Source: an uncultured Clostridia bacterium (GTDB lineage: Bacteria; Bacillota; Clostridia; Christensenellales; UBA1242). From it: DNA of 64,000 nt. The stretch is taken from the NCBI GenBank assembly GCA_930990515.1, contig CAKNPS010000001.1, positions 103,280 through 167,279 of the forward strand, given 5' to 3'. A program made the translations under genes and the position numbers. Below the pieces are notes generated by a model. It saw nothing but the letters and a program-made list of their open reading frames with translations. It did not search any database and was not told where the DNA came from. Position 1 is the first letter of the stretch. Each line of letters opens with the position of its first letter. Positions 19,041 through 30,943 of the stretch are shown here, one piece after another.

Positions 19041-19421
19041 TTATGCAACAAACATAGCCATAATAAAAAGTCCTGCCACACCAAAAGCAAATATGATTTT
19101 GCAGATATTAATTGTTTTGTCTTTTATTGTTTTTTTATTAAATTGCTTTTTATAATAAGCAATATTTTTCTCAAATTCCTCACTTGTTACACCTTTTGAA
19201 TTGATTGTTTCTGCCTTGTAATAATTGAAATCATCTTCAAGTTCTGCCTTGAAAGATGTGCAGTAATAACAAATCAAATGCCCTGCCCAAGCAAGTGAGA
19301 GCAATGTTAAAAGTGAAAGCGTGAAATAACTAAATCCGCCCCAAACTTGAATAAGTAATGCGAATATAATGCTTAAAACTATTAAAACTGCACTAATAAT
19401 ATAAATTATATTCCCTTTCAT
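19041..19421 (-). CDS. hypothetical membrane protein
   Basis: Three predicted TM segments, a good SD (AAGGAAAG) and no recognisable motif. Confidence 0.6.
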   Translation of the reverse strand: MKGNIIYIISAVLIVLSIIFALLIQVWGGFSYFTLSLLTLLSLAWAGHLICYYCTSFKAELEDDFNYYKAETINSKGVTSEEFEKNIAYYKKQFNKKTIKDKTINICKIIFAFGVAGLFIMAMFVA

Positions 19422-19523
19422 ATCTTTCCTTTTAAATATGCTATTTGTTTTTAGTGAAATTTAAAAATAATGTTTAATTATCGTAATTTATTTTGTGTTC
19501 ATAGATATTAACTTTGTGATAAT

Positions 19524-20021
19524 TTATACAACTGCAAAAATATAGAATATGACTAATATTATAGAAGCAACAATCCAGCCAACAAGCCACCAAATATTTC
19601 CGCGTTTACGTGTAAAGTAGAAACCAAGCCAAATACAAACAAGATATGCCAAAACTTCGCTTATTCCCTGCATATATTCCACAATTTCTGGGTTTGCGTT
19701 GTCTTTAAAGATAAGTCTCAAAATCATAACAATGGCAATTAAAATAACAGCAAAATATGCAAAGCATTGAAGTATTCTATTTGGCCCCCACTTTATCACT
19801 TTTTGAGTTTGTTGATTTTCTTCTTTTTCACTTTTTTCTGTTTCGTTACTATTTTTCTTTTTAATTTTAAATAATGACTTTTTTTCTTTCTTTTCTTCTT
19901 GCTCTGTTTTAGGCAAACTTTCACTAGTTTCATCATTTAAAACTTCAGAAGCACTAATTTCTTCATCGGTAGGTTTTGATTTAACGATAATTTCTTCGTC
20001 TTTTTTCTTTTTATTAAACAT
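19524..20021 (-). CDS. hypothetical membrane protein with a charged Lys/Glu-rich N-terminal region
   Basis: Strong SD (GGTGAGGTGA), a low-complexity N-terminus and three C-terminal TM segments. Confidence 0.6.
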   Translation of the reverse strand: MFNKKKKDEEIIVKSKPTDEEISASEVLNDETSESLPKTEQEEKKEKKSLFKIKKKNSNETEKSEKEENQQTQKVIKWGPNRILQCFAYFAVILIAIVMILRLIFKDNANPEIVEYMQGISEVLAYLVCIWLGFYFTRKRGNIWWLVGWIVASIILVIFYIFAVV

Positions 20022-20062
20022 AAATCACCTCACCATTTTATATGAAAATTTAGAGAAAAGTT

Positions 20063-21646
20063 TTATTTTGCAGTTTCAACAAATCGGCTTTCTCTAATGA
20101 CATTGACTTTAATCTGTCCTGGATATTGCATTTCATTTTCAATTTTTGTAGCAATATCTTTTGCCATAAACATTGCCTGATCGTCAGAAATTTGTTCAGG
20201 TTTAACAATAATTCTAACTTCTCTACCGGCTTGAACAGCAAATGATTTTTCCACACCTTCAAACGAATTTGCAATTTCTTCGAGTTGTTGAAGTCGTTTA
20301 ATATAGTTTTCAAAACTATCGCGTCTAGCACCTGGTCTTGAAGAAGAAATGGCATCAGCAACCTGCACAATAACGGCTTCAATCGTCTTAAATTCCACAT
20401 TAAAGTGATGTGCTTCGATGCAGTGAACAACTTCTTCACTTTCGCCATATTTTCTTGCAAGGTCAACACCAATTTGAACATGAGTGCCTTCAAGTTCGTG
20501 GTCAAGAGCCTTACCAATATCGTGCAACAAGCCTCCACGTTTTGCAATTTTAACATTTGCACCCATTTCAGCGGCAAGAAGTCCGGCAATAATTGAAGTT
20601 TCAATTGAATGTTTCAAAACATTTTGTCCGTAACTTGTTCTATATTTAAGTCGCCCTAAAATTTTCACAAGTTCAATATTCATATTGAAAATGCCGGTTT
20701 CGTTGCAGGCATCATCTCCCGCTTGACGAATGGTTTTATCAACATCGCGTTGCATTTTTTCAACGATTTCTTCAATTCTTGTTGGATGAATTCTTCCGTC
20801 AGAGATAAGTTTTTCAAGAGAAAGTCTTGCAACTTCTCTTCTTATTGGGTCAAAGCCAGAAATCGTGATGCTTTCTGGTGTGTCATCAACAATAAGTTCC
20901 ACACCTGTTGCGGCTTCAATTGCACGAATATTTCTTCCTTCACGGCCGATGATTCTACCCTTCATTTCATCAGTTGGAAGAGTAACAACAGAAATAGTCA
21001 TCTCACTTGTAGTTTCTGTTGCACATCTTTGAAGTGCTTGTCCGATAATTTCACGAGCTTTCTTTTCGCCGTCCTCTCTTGCTTCATCTTCAATTTGTTT
21101 AACAAGTATAGCAGCCTCTTTTTGTGCTTGATTTTTCATTTTTGTAACAAGCATATCAACCGCTTCTTGTTTGTTCATTTTAGCAACTTTTTCAATTTCT
21201 TGGAGTTGTTGCTCTTTGAGACTTTCCACTTCTTCCTTAGACTTATTTAAAGCCTCTTTCATTGAAGAGATTTCTTTCTTTTCATCTTCGAGTTGTTCAG
21301 TTCGTTTATCAATTGAAAGTTCTTTCTTTTCAATAAACTCTTCTCTTTGATTTAATCTTTCTTCTTGTCTAGCAATTTCTTGTCGCCTTTCTTTGATTTC
21401 AGCGTCAGCATCTTCCTTTAATTTTTGAGTTTGCTCTTTTGATTCAAGCATAGCTTCTTTTTTGATTGTTTTGGCCTCAGCGTAAGCGTCTTCAATGATT
21501 TTTACCGCATTAGTCTTACTTTTTTGCATTTTTTTAAGTTGAATAACACGAATAACAATTGCACCAATGACAAGCCCAATAAGAAAACATGCCACAGAAA
21601 CAATAGACGCAACAAGAGGCGTAACATCTAATAAAATAGCATCCAT
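20063..21646 (-). CDS. rny: ribonuclease Y
   Basis: N-terminal TM segment, coiled coil, KH domain ([12 protein letters not shown]) and HD domain (GLLHDIGKA...HH). Confidence 0.96.
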   Translation of the reverse strand: MDAILLDVTPLVASIVSVACFLIGLVIGAIVIRVIQLKKMQKSKTNAVKIIEDAYAEAKTIKKEAMLESKEQTQKLKEDADAEIKERRQEIARQEERLNQREEFIEKKELSIDKRTEQLEDEKKEISSMKEALNKSKEEVESLKEQQLQEIEKVAKMNKQEAVDMLVTKMKNQAQKEAAILVKQIEDEAREDGEKKAREIIGQALQRCATETTSEMTISVVTLPTDEMKGRIIGREGRNIRAIEAATGVELIVDDTPESITISGFDPIRREVARLSLEKLISDGRIHPTRIEEIVEKMQRDVDKTIRQAGDDACNETGIFNMNIELVKILGRLKYRTSYGQNVLKHSIETSIIAGLLAAEMGANVKIAKRGGLLHDIGKALDHELEGTHVQIGVDLARKYGESEEVVHCIEAHHFNVEFKTIEAVIVQVADAISSSRPGARRDSFENYIKRLQQLEEIANSFEGVEKSFAVQAGREVRIIVKPEQISDDQAMFMAKDIATKIENEMQYPGQIKVNVIRESRFVETAK

Positions 21647-21870
21647 TTACTCTACCCCTTTTAAAGTGATATGTTAAATTTTAGAAAAATCTAAAATAAA
21701 AATCCACTACATTTATATTTTAAACTTTTAAGTGCATTTTGTCAAATAAATTGTTGCCATATTTAATATTAATAAGAAATATATTATTAGTTATTAATAT
21801 AAAATAAATTTTTAATAATATCAAGAAACTTATAATAGTTTTAAATAATAAAAAAAGAAGGTAATACTTC

Positions 21871-23004
<1,134 letters not shown>

Positions 23005-23038
23005 TTATTTTTATTTTCAGTTCCATAATCTCGATAGT

Positions 23039-24091
23039 TTAATAAATAAACATTGCATCGCCAAAACTAAAAAAGCGATATTTGTCTTTAACTGCGTGAT
23101 TATATATTTCAAGTGTTTTATCAATATCTCCAATAAATGCTGAAACAAGCATAATGAGAGTGCTTTCTGGTAAGTGAAAGTTTGTGATAAGCGCGTCCAC
23201 CATTTTAAATTTATATGGTGGATAGATAAAGATGTTTGTTTCTTTAGAAACAGGCATAAGTTTTCCATTTTCGTCCACCGCACTTTCTAACACTCTCACA
23301 GAAGTCGTTCCAACTGCAATAATGCGTCTGCCTTCTTCTTTTGCTTTATTAATTTTACCTGCCACTTCTTCGGTCACTTTGATATATTCAGAGTGCATTT
23401 CGTGATTTAAAATATTGTCTTCTTTAACCGGCCTAAATGTTCCAAGCCCAATATGAAGCAAAACTTCGCAAATTTCCACGTCTTTTGCTTTGATTTTCTC
23501 AAGTAACTCTTTTGTGAAATGAAGCCCTGCAGTTGGTGCCGCACTTGAACCGTCATATTTTGCATACACAGTTTGGTATCGTTCAGGATTTTTTAATTTT
23601 TCTTTAATGTATGGTGGAAGTGGAACAGTTCCAATTTCCATTAAATGTTCTTCAAAAGTTTTTGGAAGTTGATAAATAAATTTAACAACGCACGAACCAT
23701 AAGTATCCTTTTCTAAAACTATGCATTTTAAATTCTCATTAAAAACAATTTCCGTTCCTTTGTCCAGCCTTTTAAAAGGTCTTGCAATAACTTCCCAAGT
23801 GGTCAAATCTTTGCGTTTTTGAAGAAGTATCTCAATTTTAGCGCCAGTATTTTTAAAACCAAAAAGTCTTGCTGGTAAAACTCTCGTGTTATTGATAACC
23901 AAAATGTCGCCCTTATGAAGAAAATCAATAATATTGTAAAAATGACAGTCTGTCATTTTGTCATTTTTTCTATCATAACATAAAAGTTTGGAAGCATCGC
24001 GTGGCTCAATTGGAGTTTGTGCGATTTGTTCCACAGGTAAATCATAGTAATATGTGGATTTTAAAAGTTCTCGTCTAATTTCTTCTGGCAT
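23039..24091 (-). CDS. queA: S-adenosylmethionine:tRNA ribosyltransferase-isomerase
   Basis: YDLPVEQIAQTPIEPRD, AAPTAGLHFT, GTTSVRVLES. Confidence 0.96.
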   Translation of the reverse strand: MPEEIRRELLKSTYYYDLPVEQIAQTPIEPRDASKLLCYDRKNDKMTDCHFYNIIDFLHKGDILVINNTRVLPARLFGFKNTGAKIEILLQKRKDLTTWEVIARPFKRLDKGTEIVFNENLKCIVLEKDTYGSCVVKFIYQLPKTFEEHLMEIGTVPLPPYIKEKLKNPERYQTVYAKYDGSSAAPTAGLHFTKELLEKIKAKDVEICEVLLHIGLGTFRPVKEDNILNHEMHSEYIKVTEEVAGKINKAKEEGRRIIAVGTTSVRVLESAVDENGKLMPVSKETNIFIYPPYKFKMVDALITNFHLPESTLIMLVSAFIGDIDKTLEIYNHAVKDKYRFFSFGDAMFIY

Positions 24092-24100
24092 AATAATCTC

Positions 24101-25117
24101 CTATTTGTTTCCATTTGGTGCAGAGTATGGAATACCGAGATGATGATAAGCATTTTCCATAGCAACACGACCGCGTGGAGTTCTAGCAATAAAGCCAAGT
24201 TGAAGAAGATATGGCTCATAAACATCTTCAATAGTTCCAGCATCTTCACCAATAGTGGCAGAAAGAGTGTCAAGCCCAACAGGTCCACCCCCAAATTTAT
24301 GAATAATGCTGTCTAAAATCTTTCTGTCAATAAAATCAAGCCCAAGTTCATCGATTTCCATTTTAGAAAGTGCTTGGTCAGTTATTTTCTTGTTTATCAC
24401 ACCACTTCCCATAACTTCGGCGTAATCACGAACACGTTTAAGAAGCCTATTAGCAATACGTGGAGTTCCACGAGAACGGCGAGCAATATCAAGAGAAGCA
24501 TCTTCGTCAATTTCGATATTAAGAATAGATGCTGAACGATTTAAAATCACTTGTAGTTCTTCTGGACTATAAAGCTCAAGTCGGCAAATAACTCCAAATC
24601 TATCACGAAGTGGGCTTGTGAGCATACCAGCCTTTGTGGTTGCACCAATAAGTGTGAAAGGTTGAATTTTAAGTCGCATATTCTTTGCAGATGGTCCCTT
24701 TCCAACAATAAAGTCAAGAGCAAAATCTTCCATTGCAGGATATAAAATTTCTTCAACGGTTTTGTTAAGTCTGTGAATTTCGTCAATAAAGAGAACATCA
24801 TTTTTATTTAAGTTTGTCAAAATTGCAGCAAGATCAGCAGCGTGCTCGATGGCAGGACCGGAAGTGATTTTAAGTTGTGAGCCAAGTTCTTTGGCGATAA
24901 TGTGAGATAAGGTTGTTTTTCCAAGTCCTGGTGGTCCATATAAAAGAACGTGGTCAAGAGCATCATTTCGTGACTTTGCAGCCTTAATATAAACACCCAA
25001 ACTTTCCTTAATCTTGTCCTGCCCAACATATTGGTCAAGTGATGTTGGACGCAAAGAAGTTTCAATCTCTGCATCTGTCCAATTCTTTGTGCTGGTTATA
25101 AATCTGTTATCTTCCAT
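24101..25117 (-). CDS. ruvB: Holliday junction branch migration ATPase RuvB
   Basis: [12 protein letters not shown], Walker [19 protein letters not shown]. Confidence 0.97.
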   Translation of the reverse strand: MEDNRFITSTKNWTDAEIETSLRPTSLDQYVGQDKIKESLGVYIKAAKSRNDALDHVLLYGPPGLGKTTLSHIIAKELGSQLKITSGPAIEHAADLAAILTNLNKNDVLFIDEIHRLNKTVEEILYPAMEDFALDFIVGKGPSAKNMRLKIQPFTLIGATTKAGMLTSPLRDRFGVICRLELYSPEELQVILNRSASILNIEIDEDASLDIARRSRGTPRIANRLLKRVRDYAEVMGSGVINKKITDQALSKMEIDELGLDFIDRKILDSIIHKFGGGPVGLDTLSATIGEDAGTIEDVYEPYLLQLGFIARTPRGRVAMENAYHHLGIPYSAPNGNK

Positions 25118-25142
25118 ACCTTACCCCTTCAACATATAATAC

Positions 25143-25184
25143 CATATATAGTGTATTATGCAATGCATACCACAATATATTTTG
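25143..25184. repeat. palindromic repeat family, copy D (ruvA-ruvB spacer)
   Basis: CATATATAGTGTATTATGCA-A-TGCATACCACAATATATTTTG. Confidence 0.8.
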
Positions 25185-25784
25185 TTATCTACCTAAATAT
25201 TTTAAAACCTTCAATATGATTTCTTCTGCTGTCGCATCATTCGATGCATTTGCTCTTGCAAGTTTGTATGCTTCATTCTTATTGACCCCTAAACTTATAA
25301 GAGTTTCAACTGCATCGTTAAGAGCACTTTCGTTGATATTGACAACTTCGTTATAGTTAAATAAGTCTGCTTCAATACCAACAGCATTGACTTTATCTTT
25401 AAGTTCAAGGCAAATTCTTTCTGCTGTTTTTCTTCCAAGCCCCTTAATTTTGGAAAGTAATGTGACATCTTCTCGCTTTATTGCCAAAATTAAATCGGAA
25501 ATTTTCATTCCAGAAAGAATGCTAATTGCCATTTTAGGCCCTACCCCTGAAACAGTGATAATTTGCATAAAAATTTGTTTTTCTTCCTTTGTTGCAAAAC
25601 CATACAAAGCCACTCCATCTTCTTTTACTTGAAGATATGTTAAAACTTTTGTTGTTTCGTTTATGTTTGGTAGTGCCACAAGAGTGTTGTTTGAAATTAA
25701 AAGTTTATACCCCACTCCGTTCACATCTAAAAGTAGATAATTTTCAAATTTTTCTTCAATTATTCCAACTAAAAATCCAATCAT
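25185..25784 (-). CDS. ruvA: Holliday junction DNA-binding protein RuvA
   Basis: OB N-domain and HhH motifs (VSGVGPKMA, GLGRKTAERI). Confidence 0.95.
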   Translation of the reverse strand: MIGFLVGIIEEKFENYLLLDVNGVGYKLLISNNTLVALPNINETTKVLTYLQVKEDGVALYGFATKEEKQIFMQIITVSGVGPKMAISILSGMKISDLILAIKREDVTLLSKIKGLGRKTAERICLELKDKVNAVGIEADLFNYNEVVNINESALNDAVETLISLGVNKNEAYKLARANASNDATAEEIILKVLKYLGR

Positions 25785-25911
25785 ATTTCCTTCCTTTCAG
25801 TTTGTAATTTTAATTTACAGTTTTATTTTCTTTTATTATTTAAAAACTTCATTATTATATTTTTATTTTAAGTTTTAGAAAACTTTTTAAAAAGTGCTAA
25901 TAGCACCCACC

Positions 25912-26400
25912 CTACAACCTATTTTCATTCAAGCGTGGATTTATCTGGCTATGACATAATGCAACAGCAAGTGCATCGGCAGCATCGTCTGGTTTTGGAA
26001 TTGAAGAAAGTCCTAAAACACTTTTTACCATATATTGCATTTGCCTTTTTTCTGCATGACCGTTTCCTGTAAGAGCCTGCTTAATTTGAATTGGTGTATA
26101 TTCAAAAATGCGTTCACAATATTTTTGACTAGACAAAACAATAACTCCCCTTGCCTGAGCCACTTGAATGACTGTCTTTTGGTTCTTAAAATAGAAAAGT
26201 TCTTCAATGGCAACTTCGTCAGGACGATATGTTTCAAACAAAACACGGAGTGCTTCATCAATAGTTTGAAGTCTGACAGGCAAAGTGTCTTCTTTTGGTG
26301 TTTCAATAACACCATAATCCACCACTTTTATGTCATTTCCTGTGTCAATAATTCCATACCCCACAATTGCATAACCAGGGTCAATTCCTAAAATTCTCAT
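25912..26400 (-). CDS. ruvC: crossover junction endodeoxyribonuclease RuvC
   Basis: MRILGIDPG...acidic catalytic residues; 162 aa. Confidence 0.93.
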   Translation of the reverse strand: MRILGIDPGYAIVGYGIIDTGNDIKVVDYGVIETPKEDTLPVRLQTIDEALRVLFETYRPDEVAIEELFYFKNQKTVIQVAQARGVIVLSSQKYCERIFEYTPIQIKQALTGNGHAEKRQMQYMVKSVLGLSSIPKPDDAADALAVALCHSQINPRLNENRL

Positions 26401-26547
26401 ACACTCCTAGTTTAGTTTATTTTGCAAAATTTGTCAAATAAAATAAGACATCGTCTCATACTAATTACTAAATAATACAAAATTAAACTTTAAAAAATAT
26501 TGTAATTTTTAAAAATGTAAAAAAGAGTAAACTTTTATCCATTTTGT

Positions 26548-27339
26548 TTACTCTTCTTCATTTGGGTTCACTAAAACACCAGTGTTCCAAAATTCCCCAC
26601 AAATAATTTTACCTTTTTTAAGTTCCTTATTTTGTATAAGCTTTGGGTCAACCAAAAGCCTTATATAAAGTTTTAAGCAAATAATATCTATTGAATAATA
26701 TTTGTTGTGTGTTATAGGATTTTCTAAAAGCACAAAATCTTGAATTATGCCACTTAACCAACTTGTGCTTATATCTTTTTCAAAATTTGCTATGTAACTT
26801 TCATCAGCCATTCCATTAAAAATGTTATTTTTATTTGATAAAGTTAAATTGTAAATATTTGTTGCATTTATATCTTCAGCATCTTTTAGTTCTTCAATAT
26901 GATTTGCAAAACTTACAAGTTCAATTTCGCAAGATTCATCATTATTAATACAAAAAATTTCTGCATTAAAACAAGTCACCCAAAAAGGAATATCATCTTG
27001 ATTATAAAAATTTAATATTGGAAATCCATTTCTTTCGTTTTTCTTACAAGAGTTTTTGTGGATTTTTATAATTGATAAATTTTGATTTTTATGTGTAACA
27101 AAAAAGTCATCTAGTTTTTTGTTTTCTAAGTCACCTTTTGCAAAAAATTTAAGATTATCAATTTTAAAAAGTTGTAAAGTTTTAGACTCTTCGTTTTGAA
27201 TTTTCCAAATTTTTCTTTTATATGTTTTGTTATTTATATCAAACTCAGAAGATAAAGCATAATTAATGATTTTATTAACATCACCTATACTTTTAACTTC
27301 AAAACCAATATCGCTATAGTGACTCACAAAAAACCTCAC
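26548..27339 (-). CDS. hypothetical protein (no recognisable domain)
   Basis: An intact 263-aa ORF sits between yebC and ruvC. A more likely start is GTG 27327, 6 nt after GAGG. No motif was recognised. Confidence 0.5.
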   Translation of the reverse strand: MRFFVSHYSDIGFEVKSIGDVNKIINYALSSEFDINNKTYKRKIWKIQNEESKTLQLFKIDNLKFFAKGDLENKKLDDFFVTHKNQNLSIIKIHKNSCKKNERNGFPILNFYNQDDIPFWVTCFNAEIFCINNDESCEIELVSFANHIEELKDAEDINATNIYNLTLSNKNNIFNGMADESYIANFEKDISTSWLSGIIQDFVLLENPITHNKYYSIDIICLKLYIRLLVDPKLIQNKELKKGKIICGEFWNTGVLVNPNEEE

Positions 27340-27356
27340 TACTCATAGATAAAATA

Positions 27357-28085
27357 TTATTCTTCATCTGGAAGGTTGACATTGTGATAAACTTCTTGAA
27401 CGTCGTCAAGGTCTTCAAGTGCATCAACCATTCTTTGAAACTTACCAATTTGTTCTTCGTTTAAATCAACATAGGTGTCAGGAACAAGTTCAGTGTCACT
27501 AGAAACCACATTGTAGCCTTTCTTCTCTAGTGCTTCTTGCATTTCGGAATGTTTATTTGGTTCGGTTATCACTTGAACACTATCTTCGTCTTCAAAAACA
27601 TCAACAGCACCAGCATCAAGAGCGTCCATCATAAGAGTATCAACATCTTTCACATCTGTGACAATCACAACACCTTTACGATTAAATAGATAAGAAACGC
27701 AGTTTGTTGAGCCTAAACTTCCGCCATGTTTATCAAAAGCGTGACGAACGTCTCCTGCTGTTCGGTTTTTGTTATCTGTCAAGCATTCAACAATAACAGC
27801 AGAACCACCAACTCCATATCCTTCATAAGTGATTGCTTCATAGTTTACGCCGGCAAGTTCTCCAGATGCCTTTTTGATGGAACGTTCAATGTTATCATTA
27901 GGCATATTGTTTTGCTTTGCCTTGGAAATTATATCACGAAGTTTAGCATTACTATTAGGGTCAGAACCACCAGTTTTTACTGCGACAGCAATTTCACGAC
28001 CAATTTTTGTGAAAATCTTTCCCCTTGCTGCATCGGATTTACCTTTTCTTGCTTGTATGTTGTGCCATTTTGAATGTCCTGACAT
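27357..28085 (-). CDS. yebC: YebC/PmpR-family DNA-binding regulator
   Basis: [15 protein letters not shown]...AKQNNMP signature. Confidence 0.95.
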   Translation of the reverse strand: MSGHSKWHNIQARKGKSDAARGKIFTKIGREIAVAVKTGGSDPNSNAKLRDIISKAKQNNMPNDNIERSIKKASGELAGVNYEAITYEGYGVGGSAVIVECLTDNKNRTAGDVRHAFDKHGGSLGSTNCVSYLFNRKGVVIVTDVKDVDTLMMDALDAGAVDVFEDEDSVQVITEPNKHSEMQEALEKKGYNVVSSDTELVPDTYVDLNEEQIGKFQRMVDALEDLDDVQEVYHNVNLPDEE

Positions 28086-28227
28086 AAATTACCTCCATAA
28101 AATTACACGCAAAAACTCAATTAGGAAGAATCCTATAAGAATTTGCTTTTTTTCAAGTTGTAAAAACCATTTACTTTTTTATTATAATACAAACATAATA
28201 CCTTATCCAAACGATTTTAAAGCAAAT

Positions 28228-28950
28228 TTAGAAATTATCTTTAGCAATTTCATACATAATAATCGAACCACTTACTCCAGCATTTAAACTTTCAATTCCT
28301 TCTTTCATAGGAATTTTTACACTGGTATAGCATAGAGCGGAAATCTCTTCACTTAAACCTTGCCCTTCATTGCCTATGACAATTCCAACATTTCCATTTG
28401 GTTTAAAAGTGAAAATGTTTTCGCCGTTCATATCACATTTGATAAGATTTAAAGTGTTTTGTTTAGAAAATTCGACAAAGTCATTTCGTGACATTGAATA
28501 AACTTTAATTCCAAAAACTGCCCCAACAGACGAGCGAATAAGTTTGGAATTTGTCACACTTACAGAGTCCACCAAAAACACAGAGTCCATTCCCGTTGCT
28601 TTGGCAGTTCGAATGAGTGTGCCCACATTTCCCGGGTCTTGGAGTCCGTCCAAAACCAAAAAGTGATTTTTAGGCTTAACCACAACATCTTGATTGTAGT
28701 ATGCAATGCATAATACTTTCTGTGGTGTTTTTGTGTCCGAAAGAATTTCTATTGTTCTCTCGTCAACACGATAAACCCTGCAAGTTGTCTTGAATGGCAA
28801 CTCGTCCAAACTTGTCAAGATGTATTCAATTTTTAAGTTTTTATTATCTAAATTATCTTTAATTATTTTGACATTATCCAAAAAAAGCAAAGACTTATCT
28901 CGTTTTTGCTTTTTAAGGTTAGATATTAAACTTTTGGTCGCCCGTTCCAT
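28228..28950 (-). CDS. TrmH/SpoU-family RNA 2'-O-methyltransferase (YsgA-like, downstream of rplT)
   Basis: SpoU motifs LDGLQDPGNVGTLIRTA, IVIGNEGQGLS and IPM..GIESLNA. Confidence 0.88.
   Translation of the reverse strand: MERATKSLISNLKKQKRDKSLLFLDNVKIIKDNLDNKNLKIEYILTSLDELPFKTTCRVYRVDERTIEILSDTKTPQKVLCIAYYNQDVVVKPKNHFLVLDGLQDPGNVGTLIRTAKATGMDSVFLVDSVSVTNSKLIRSSVGAVFGIKVYSMSRNDFVEFSKQNTLNLIKCDMNGENIFTFKPNGNVGIVIGNEGQGLSEEISALCYTSVKIPMKEGIESLNAGVSGSIIMYEIAKDNF
28697..28717. repeat. palindromic repeat family, copy E (inside the TrmH-family CDS)
   Basis: GTAGTATGCA-A-TGCATAATAC. Its reverse complement is identical to the 21-mer of copy F. It encodes VLCIAYY. Confidence 0.75.
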
Positions 28951-29297
28951 TAAGCCTTCTTTGCAGTTGCAACAAGTTCAGCGAACGCATTTGGTTCTCT
29001 GACTGCCATATCTGCAAGCACTTTTCTGTTTAAGTTGATATTTGCTTTCTTAAGACCAGCAATAAATCTTGAATAAGAAATATCGTTTTGTCTGCAAGCA
29101 GCATTGATTCTTGTAATCCAAAGAGCACGGAAATCTCTTTTCTTTTGTTTTCTGCCAATATAAGCATATTGACCAGATTTCATAACTTGTTCTCTAGCAG
29201 TTCTATAAAGTTTGCTTTTTGCTCCAAAGTAGCCTTTTGCAGATTTTAAAATCTTTCTACGCTTTTTAACTGCGTTTACGCCTCTTTTAATTCTCAT
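28950..29297 (-). CDS. rplT: 50S ribosomal protein L20
   Basis: [17 protein letters not shown]... Confidence 0.97.
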   Translation of the reverse strand: MRIKRGVNAVKKRRKILKSAKGYFGAKSKLYRTAREQVMKSGQYAYIGRKQKKRDFRALWITRINAACRQNDISYSRFIAGLKKANINLNRKVLADMAVREPNAFAELVATAKKA

Positions 29298-29310
29298 ACT
29301 TTCCCCCTAA

Positions 29311-29505
29311 TTACTTAACAAGAAGTGTCTTAATGTTTTGTGCATTCTTTCCTGCAATATAAGACCCTTTACGAAGTTTTCTTTTGCGACTTTTACTTTT
29401 GTTTGTTAAGAAATGTCCTCTATTAGACTTTGCATACTTAACTTTTCCTGTTGCTGTGAGTGAAAAGCGTTTTTTAGCTCCACTGTGTGTTTTTTGCTTT
29501 GGCAT
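29311..29505 (-). CDS. rpmI: 50S ribosomal protein L35
   Basis: MPKQKTHSGAKKRF... Confidence 0.97.
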   Translation of the reverse strand: MPKQKTHSGAKKRFSLTATGKVKYAKSNRGHFLTNKSKSRKRKLRKGSYIAGKNAQNIKTLLVK

Positions 29506-29518
29506 AATCTTTCTCCTT

Positions 29519-30034
29519 TTATTTCGTCTTTTTTGGATAAATTACGACAACGACATTACGTCCCATAATTTCAGGCTTTTTGTCAATCGTTCCATATTCA
29601 GAAAGCGCTTCCACGAAGTTGTTGACAACTTCAACAGCATTTTGAGAATATGCTTGTTCTCTCCCTCTCATACGAAGAGAAACTTTCACTTTATCTCCGT
29701 CCTGCAAAATCTTTTGTGCATTTTTGAGCTTAAAGTTGATGTGGTATTGGTCAATACGCATTGTGAGTTGAATTTCTTTTAACTCAACAATCTTTTGATT
29801 TTTTTTGAGTTCTTTTTCTTTTTTAATGCTATCAAACTTGAATTTACCATAATCCATAAGTTTGCAAACGGCAGGATTACCATTTCCGTTCATTAAAACA
29901 AGGTCAAGACCTTCATTTTCGGCAACTTCTCTTGCCTTTTCAATTGGCATAACGCCAAGTTGTTCACCATTTTCGCCGATAAGACGAACTTCTTTTGCGG
30001 TGATTTGTTCATTGATTAACTGTTCCTTAAAAAT
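29519..30034 (-). CDS. infC: translation initiation factor IF-3 (ATT start codon)
   Basis: The track ORF starts at an internal Met (29950). The frame stays open 28 codons upstream (IFKEQLINEQITAKEVRLIGENGEQLGV), which is the conserved IF-3 N-terminus, and begins at ATT 30034, 8 nt after AAAGGAGA. A non-AUG (AUU) start is the known autoregulatory feature of infC. Confidence 0.9.
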   Translation of the reverse strand: MFKEQLINEQITAKEVRLIGENGEQLGVMPIEKAREVAENEGLDLVLMNGNGNPAVCKLMDYGKFKFDSIKKEKELKKNQKIVELKEIQLTMRIDQYHINFKLKNAQKILQDGDKVKVSLRMRGREQAYSQNAVEVVNNFVEALSEYGTIDKKPEIMGRNVVVVIYPKKTK

Positions 30035-30176
30035 TGTCGTAATCTCCTTTAAAAAAAATTTGGTAGAAATAAAAGTTCCACCAAAAAAATAATAAATTTA
30101 AGTTTATTAAATTTTTGACCAAATCAGAAATACAATTCGACTGGTGAGAAGTGGACTTCTACTTTCATACGGCAAG

Positions 30177-30205
30177 ATTATATCACACAAAACTTTATAT
30201 GTCAA
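30177..30205 (-). promoter_or_regulatory. sigma-A-type promoter of the infC-rpmI-rplT operon
   Basis: On the minus strand: TTGACA (30205-30200), 17 nt spacer, TATAAT (30182-30177). This leaves a leader of about 135 nt that may correspond to an L20-type leader. That identity is not verified. Confidence 0.6.
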
Positions 30206-30306
30206 CAATTTTTAACAAATTTTCAAAAGATTTTTGTTTTTTATAAAAATTTTTAAAATTGTTTAGTTTCCCGAATATTTAGATTTTCTCTCACAAATAA
30301 AGGAAT

Positions 30307-30885
30307 TTATTTTTCTTCTTTCTTCTTTTTTCTTTTATGCTTTTTCTCTTGTCGCTTTTTTCTCATTCTATTAAAGAAACTTGCCTCTAAATAAGCTCCC
30401 GTTACAATGGCTATTAGCTCGCAATTTTTAAGAGCATAAGTTTTCATAATCGCCTTACAAAAAATGGTGATACCGGCAATTAGAGAACTTACAAGACAAG
30501 TTACAAGTAGATTCAAGTTGGCATCTTGAATGTTCATATTAACCACCAAACTGACTCCGCCTGCCCCACTTAATATACCACAAATATCGCCTACAACGTC
30601 ACCGCCAAAAGAAGCCACCTTGTCCGCTCTTTCACATAGTTTTACAGCCATAACATAGCCATTTTCATTTTTAAACTTATCTAGTTGTTCTTTATTTATT
30701 GAAGTGAACGCCACTGCAACCATATCAAAAATAACACTGACAAAAACAAAAAAGACAATCACAAAGATAGAGAAAAAAGGCGAAAGAGAAGGCAATAAAC
30801 TTTGTGAAACAAGTGAAAATATGATTGATAAAGAAATTGACAAAATAAAAACCTTAAAAGCCCACTTAGTCGAATTTTTATTCAT
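30307..30885 (-). CDS. hypothetical multi-pass membrane protein with a poly-Lys C-terminal tail
   Basis: Four or five TM segments and a C-terminus RMRKKRQEKKHKRKKKKEEK. There is no SD, and TAAAAT lies 5 nt upstream of the ATG. Confidence 0.55.
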   Translation of the reverse strand: MNKNSTKWAFKVFILSISLSIIFSLVSQSLLPSLSPFFSIFVIVFFVFVSVIFDMVAVAFTSINKEQLDKFKNENGYVMAVKLCERADKVASFGGDVVGDICGILSGAGGVSLVVNMNIQDANLNLLVTCLVSSLIAGITIFCKAIMKTYALKNCELIAIVTGAYLEASFFNRMRKKRQEKKHKRKKKKEEK

Positions 30886-30943
30886 AAGGTATTTTATTCA
30901 ATAATGATTATTTTTATGAAATAATGCTGATTTTAGCGAGACA

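Noticed and set aside
20050-20604. 184-aa minus-strand ORF, with the 175-aa plus-strand ORF at 20723-21250
   Set aside because: Both are alternative-frame or antisense ORFs entirely inside rny. Their Leu/Lys/Phe-rich products are typical of out-of-frame reading of AT-rich coding DNA.
27874-28287. 137-aa plus-strand ORF, with the 132-aa ORF at 29384-29782
   Set aside because: They are antisense to yebC and to rpmI/infC respectively, and have no expression signals.
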